Source of the DNA: Bacteroidales bacterium | Lineage (GTDB): Bacteria > Bacteroidota > Bacteroidia > Bacteroidales > M50B96 | NCBI GenBank assembly: GCA_018401015.1 | Contig: JAGYLP010000008.1 | Span: forward strand, 33,944 to 97,943 | DNA length: 64,000 nucleotides | Direction of reading: 5' to 3' | Shown: positions 60,278-64,000 of the stretch, in pieces | How positions within the stretch are numbered: position 1 is the first letter of the stretch | How the letters are laid out: each line of letters opens with the position of its first letter | Program-made: the position numbers and the translations under genes | The notes under the pieces: generated by a model | The model's input: only the letters and a program-made list of their open reading frames with translations | Database searches by the model: none | What the model was told of the DNA's origin: nothing

Positions 60278-60897
60278 TACTTAAAGCCCGGCATCATTTC
60301 ATTATTCATCCTTTTTTCAAAGCCTACACGCTTTGGAAAATGAGTCGGCATTTCTCCCGGGTTGAGCTAACCAATCCACTACCTATTTCGAATAAACCTG
60401 TTTTACTTCTGTCGAATCATACCAGTTGGTGGGATGGTTTTTGGGTGATGTGGGTCAACTTGAAAGTCCTTCGACGGAAGTTTCATTTCATGATGCTGGA
60501 AGATCAGCTACGCAAGCATTGGTTTTTCAATCACACCGGAGGTTTTTCGGTGAGTAAGAATCATCGCTCCTTATTGGAAACACTTGCCTATACCCGCGAG
60601 TTACTCAGCGATCCGCAGCACATGGTTTTAATGTTCCCGCAAGGTTCTATTCAATCGGTGCACGAGCATGAGATTCGATTTCAGAAAGGAGTGGAGCGTA
60701 TTTTGGCTGACCGCCTTGACACGGTACAAGTTGTTTTTCAGGTAAATTTGACCGATTACTTTTCCCAAGAGAAACCCGGCTTATGGATTGGCTTACAAGA
60801 ATATAAAGGTGAATCTCATCGCTTGAACGACATTAACGCAGCCTACCAGGCATTTTTCGACACTTGTCTTGCGGCTCAAAAAAGGAGGGCAGAATAA
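60274..60897 (+). CDS. lysophospholipid acyltransferase family protein (H(X)4D motif)
   Basis: 207 aa with NHTSWWDG and FPQGS motifs. It overlaps the upstream gene by 4 nt. Confidence 0.75.
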   Translation: MILKARHHFIIHPFFKAYTLWKMSRHFSRVELTNPLPISNKPVLLLSNHTSWWDGFWVMWVNLKVLRRKFHFMMLEDQLRKHWFFNHTGGFSVSKNHRSLLETLAYTRELLSDPQHMVLMFPQGSIQSVHEHEIRFQKGVERILADRLDTVQVVFQVNLTDYFSQEKPGLWIGLQEYKGESHRLNDINAAYQAFFDTCLAAQKRRAE

Positions 60898-61994
60898 TGG
60901 AATTTAGCTGGCAAGTTTATTTGATCGACGCTTACATTTTGCTTTTTCTGGTATCGCTCATCAATTATTTGTTTCGCGACCCTATTGGAAAAGGGGCGAT
61001 CCCTCCGGTCGATAAAAAAATATCGGTACTGATTCCTGCCCGAAACGAGGAACAGAACCTCGGCAACTTGCTGGAGAGTCTTCTTCGTCAGGAACATCCA
61101 CCTCATGAGATTCTGGTTTACGACGACGAATCGACCGATGGCACAGCTGCATTAGTCCGGCAGTATGAACAGCAAAAAGGAACCATCCGATTGATTTCCT
61201 CGACAGGCTTGCCGGAAGGCTGGCTTGGGAAGAATCATGCTTGCTACCGGCTGGCCCAAGAAGCCAAGGGCGATTACTTGCTCTTTCTCGATGCCGATGT
61301 CCGATTGGAGAGCAAGGCCATTTCCCGCCTCCTGCATTATGCCGACCACAAGCAATTGTCGTTGGTATCTGTTTTTCCGAAACAAGAGTTTTCGAGCTTA
61401 GGAGAACAAGCGACTGTTCCCATCATGAATCAAATCTTGCTCAGCTTGTTGCCTTTACCAGCGGTTCGCTATTTAGGTTTTTCCTCGATGGCCGCTGCTA
61501 ATGGGCAGTTCATGCTTTTCGAGAAAGAGAGCTACCTAGACCTTCAGCCTCATCGGGAGTTTCGAATGGAGAAAGTCGAGGACATTCACATCGCCCGTCA
61601 TTTTAAGAAGTCGAAACGAACGATTGCCTGTTTAGCTTCCGAAGAAACCGTTAGTTGTCGGATGTATCGTTCAACCAGCGAGGCCATACAAGGATTTTCG
61701 AGAAACATTCATCATTATTTTGGAGGGTCGCATGCTTTAGCCCTCCTTTATTGGTTATTCCACGTTGTTGTACCAATGGTCTTTCTGCTAAGCGATAATG
61801 CGATCTACTTCCTGTTGGTAGTTGTTCTAGGCACAGCGCGCCGAAGCTTGAACTCCCTTACCAGCCATCAGTCCATGTGGTTAAACAATCGAATGGCCTT
61901 GATTCAGCATTTCTATTTTGCCATCATCTTGTTTTATTCCTATCAAAAAACCCTTCAAAAATCATTTCAATGGAAAGGACGCTCTATCTCCTAA
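60897..61994 (+). CDS. family 2 glycosyltransferase (membrane-bound)
   Basis: The track ORF is 60864..61994. ATG 60897 overlaps the upstream TAA by 1 nt (ATAATGG) and follows aaggaggg. Motifs SVLIPARNEE, YDDESTDGT and FLDADV, plus C-terminal TM segments. Confidence 0.82.
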   Translation: MEFSWQVYLIDAYILLFLVSLINYLFRDPIGKGAIPPVDKKISVLIPARNEEQNLGNLLESLLRQEHPPHEILVYDDESTDGTAALVRQYEQQKGTIRLISSTGLPEGWLGKNHACYRLAQEAKGDYLLFLDADVRLESKAISRLLHYADHKQLSLVSVFPKQEFSSLGEQATVPIMNQILLSLLPLPAVRYLGFSSMAAANGQFMLFEKESYLDLQPHREFRMEKVEDIHIARHFKKSKRTIACLASEETVSCRMYRSTSEAIQGFSRNIHHYFGGSHALALLYWLFHVVVPMVFLLSDNAIYFLLVVVLGTARRSLNSLTSHQSMWLNNRMALIQHFYFAIILFYSYQKTLQKSFQWKGRSIS

Positions 61995-62689
61995 TTTTCT
62001 TCAGTTTATTTCATCCGGTGGCTAACCAGGCTCAATCGCATGAGGAGATCTATGAAGCCTATGTACTCGACGAGATGCATCGTTGGAAAGGGGTATTAGA
62101 CGGTTATGCTGGGCGGAGCAATTTGAGTTTAAGCAACCAGTTGGAGTATTTGGAATATTTGTATGGCTACATTGCCTGGTGTGTTGGCAACGACCGCGAC
62201 GACGAAGCTTCCGGTCACTTGGATGAAGCCTTTGAGCTAGCCGATTATTTGGAGTCGAAGTCCTATTCGCTGTCGAATATTTATGCCTACAAAGCTGCTT
62301 TTTATGGCTACAAAATTGGGCTTGCCCCCTACAAAGCACCTTTTTACGGTCCAAAAAGCAAGTCGTATGCTCAAAAGGCGATTGACACCGACAGCAAGAA
62401 TCCGCTGGCCTACACACAGTTAGCCAACATGCAATTTTACATGCCCCCTGCCTTTGGAGGTTCGAAAGAAGAAGCTATCAAGTATTACCAGATTGCTCTT
62501 GCTTTTCTGGAAACCGAAAAGAAAACGGAGCGTAATTGGAATTATTTATCCTTGTTAGCCACCATGGGACAAGCTTATGAAAAGATTGGGAACCTTTCCA
62601 AGGCCAAGTCGGTTTATGTGAAAGCACTCGAAACAGATTCCCGGTTCAAATGGGTTAAAAATGAATTATTACCAAACATTGAAAAATAA
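61970..62689 (+). CDS. secreted helical (TPR-like) protein, unknown function
   Basis: The track ORF is 61877..62689. Met32 (ATG at 61970) gives the signal peptide MERTLYLLIFFSLFHPVANQAQS. Confidence 0.55.
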   Translation: MERTLYLLIFFSLFHPVANQAQSHEEIYEAYVLDEMHRWKGVLDGYAGRSNLSLSNQLEYLEYLYGYIAWCVGNDRDDEASGHLDEAFELADYLESKSYSLSNIYAYKAAFYGYKIGLAPYKAPFYGPKSKSYAQKAIDTDSKNPLAYTQLANMQFYMPPAFGGSKEEAIKYYQIALAFLETEKKTERNWNYLSLLATMGQAYEKIGNLSKAKSVYVKALETDSRFKWVKNELLPNIEK

Positions 62690-62695
62690 GCACTT

Positions 62696-64000
62696 ATGAC
62701 AAAGAAGCAATCGGTACTCATTGCCGGAGCCGGCATTGGCGGATTAGCCACCGCACTTCGCTTAGCCAAGAAAGGTTACCAGGTCGAAATGATTGAAAAA
62801 AACGAACAAGCCGGAGGTCGTCTCAATCAAATTAAAAAGGACGGATTCACCTTTGATACCGGTCCCAGCTTTTTCAGTATGTCCTACGAGTTTCATGCTT
62901 TTGCCAAGGAATGTGGCATTGAGCTTCCGTTCGACATTGTGGAGCTCGACCCGCTCTACACGGTAAACATCAAGGGCATCGACAAACCCTTTTACATTCA
63001 TAAAGATATTTCGAAATTTTCCGATCAGTTTAAACCCTACGAGCCTGATTTTGAGGTGAAGATGCGGAAGTATTTGAAAAAAGCCGGCAGTTTGTTCGAC
63101 GACACGGTCGATTTGGTCATTAAGAATAATTTCGATAGCAAATTAAAGTATTTACTCACTCTCGCGCAGGTTAATCCCATTCATTTACCTGTCTTGACCC
63201 GGAGTTTTTGGAAACAAGTAACCCGATATTTCGACAGTAAGGAAGCTCGTCAAATCATTTCGCTTGTTGCCTTTTTCCTTGGTAGAACCCCCTTCGACAC
63301 TTCCTCGATTTACACCCTGCTTTCGCACACGGAGTTTGTTCACGATGGATACTACAATGTAAAAGGAGGGATGTATAAGATTGTAGAAGGTTTGGTAAAA
63401 GAACTGGAAAAAGCGGGAGTCAAGCTTCACTATAATGTGGAAATTAAATCCTATGAAGGAAAGGGTAAAAAGCTGGAGGCTTTGATTGACCAAAACGGTA
63501 AGAAGTGGACTGCCGACATTATTGTTGCAAATGCCGATGCCGCTGTTTTCCGACACAGCGTACTTAAACGCAAAGCCTATTCGCAGGAGAAGATGGACAA
63601 GAAGAATTGGACCATGGGCTACCTGACTTTTTATCTGGGAATCGACAAAAAATTAGCGAATGTCGATCATCACAACTACTACCTGGGAAATAATTACGAA
63701 GATTACGCTACTCGTGTAATGCGGGAACCTGGATTGCTTGAGAAACCCTATTACTACGTGAATGTGTTGTCGAAGCACAACGATAATTGCGCCCCTGCTG
63801 GCTCGGAGTCGCTCTTTTTCGTGTGTCCGGTTCCGAACCTTATTTACAAAGCGGACTGGAGCGATCGCGACAAGATTATCGACAGCATCATCGACGATTT
63901 TTCCGAGCGCATTGGGACCAACATCATGCCCCACATTGTGGTACGTGAATCGTACACCCCGAAAGATTGGGAGAGTCGATTCAATTTATACCGTGGCAGC
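62696..64000 (+). CDS. phytoene desaturase family FAD oxidoreductase (CrtI/CrtD-like); the 3' end lies outside the window
   Basis: Not in the ORF track because there is no stop in the window. My translation from ATG 62696 reads MTKKQSVLIAGAGIGGLATALRLAKKGYQVEMIEKNEQAGGRLNQIKKDGFTFDTGPSFF... and stays open to 64000 (...TPKDWESRFNLYRGS). Confidence 0.85.
   Translation, partial: MTKKQSVLIAGAGIGGLATALRLAKKGYQVEMIEKNEQAGGRLNQIKKDGFTFDTGPSFFSMSYEFHAFAKECGIELPFDIVELDPLYTVNIKGIDKPFYIHKDISKFSDQFKPYEPDFEVKMRKYLKKAGSLFDDTVDLVIKNNFDSKLKYLLTLAQVNPIHLPVLTRSFWKQVTRYFDSKEARQIISLVAFFLGRTPFDTSSIYTLLSHTEFVHDGYYNVKGGMYKIVEGLVKELEKAGVKLHYNVEIKSYEGKGKKLEALIDQNGKKWTADIIVANADAAVFRHSVLKRKAYSQEKMDKKNWTMGYLTFYLGIDKKLANVDHHNYYLGNNYEDYATRVMREPGLLEKPYYYVNVLSKHNDNCAPAGSESLFFVCPVPNLIYKADWSDRDKIIDSIIDDFSERIGTNIMPHIVVRESYTPKDWESRFNLYRGS

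Noticed and set aside
62762-63934. Three minus-strand track ORFs (62762..63001, 63185..63556, 63653..63934)
   Set aside because: All lie antisense to an uninterrupted plus-strand frame from 62696 to the window end. That frame encodes a clear GxGxxG FAD-dependent phytoene-desaturase-family protein.
1-64000. CRISPR arrays, IS elements or transposases, integrases, prophage genes, rRNA
   Set aside because: I looked for regularly spaced repeats, terminal inverted repeats and recombinase-like ORFs and found none. The only RNA gene I can support is tRNA-Sec.

Overview
The window looks like a Bacteroidota chromosome segment. Evidence: a T9SS C-terminal sorting domain, TAnnTTTG-type -7 boxes and the overall gene content. 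It holds about 55 tightly packed genes, mostly housekeeping: parC, aroK, trpS, pntAB, typA, ftcD, mnmA, coaD, mutL, Nif3, a CCA-adding enzyme and others. No rRNA, CRISPR array, transposase or integrase was seen. The stand-out region is 43.8-49.6 kb. A gene the ORF track calls as a 514-aa PKD/T9SS protein without a signal peptide continues upstream, in frame, through a single TGA (45463-45465) to an ATG at 45642. This adds a signal peptide and a thioredoxin-fold (TlpA/redoxin-like) domain, and the TGA sits exactly at the first Cys of the CxxC motif (U-P-T-C). About 0.5 kb away on the other strand lie a tRNA with a UCA anticodon and tRNA-Sec architecture, then selA and selB. I read this as a predicted surface or extracellular, T9SS-exported selenoprotein encoded next to its own Sec-decoding cassette. 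Secondary points of interest: (1) a low-GC islet with Fic and ParDE; (2) mutL-rhomboid and rhomboid-EEP gene pairs split in a way that suggests a ~36-kb inversion; (3) a three-gene envelope cluster of unknown function; (4) a carotenoid cluster (crtB, lycopene cyclase, CruF-like, acyltransferase, GT2, crtI) together with a B12-type MerR regulator and a photolyase; (5) a tandem thioredoxin duplication; (6) an HMA-fused metal permease. All functional calls rest on motifs I read in the translations. No database search was run.
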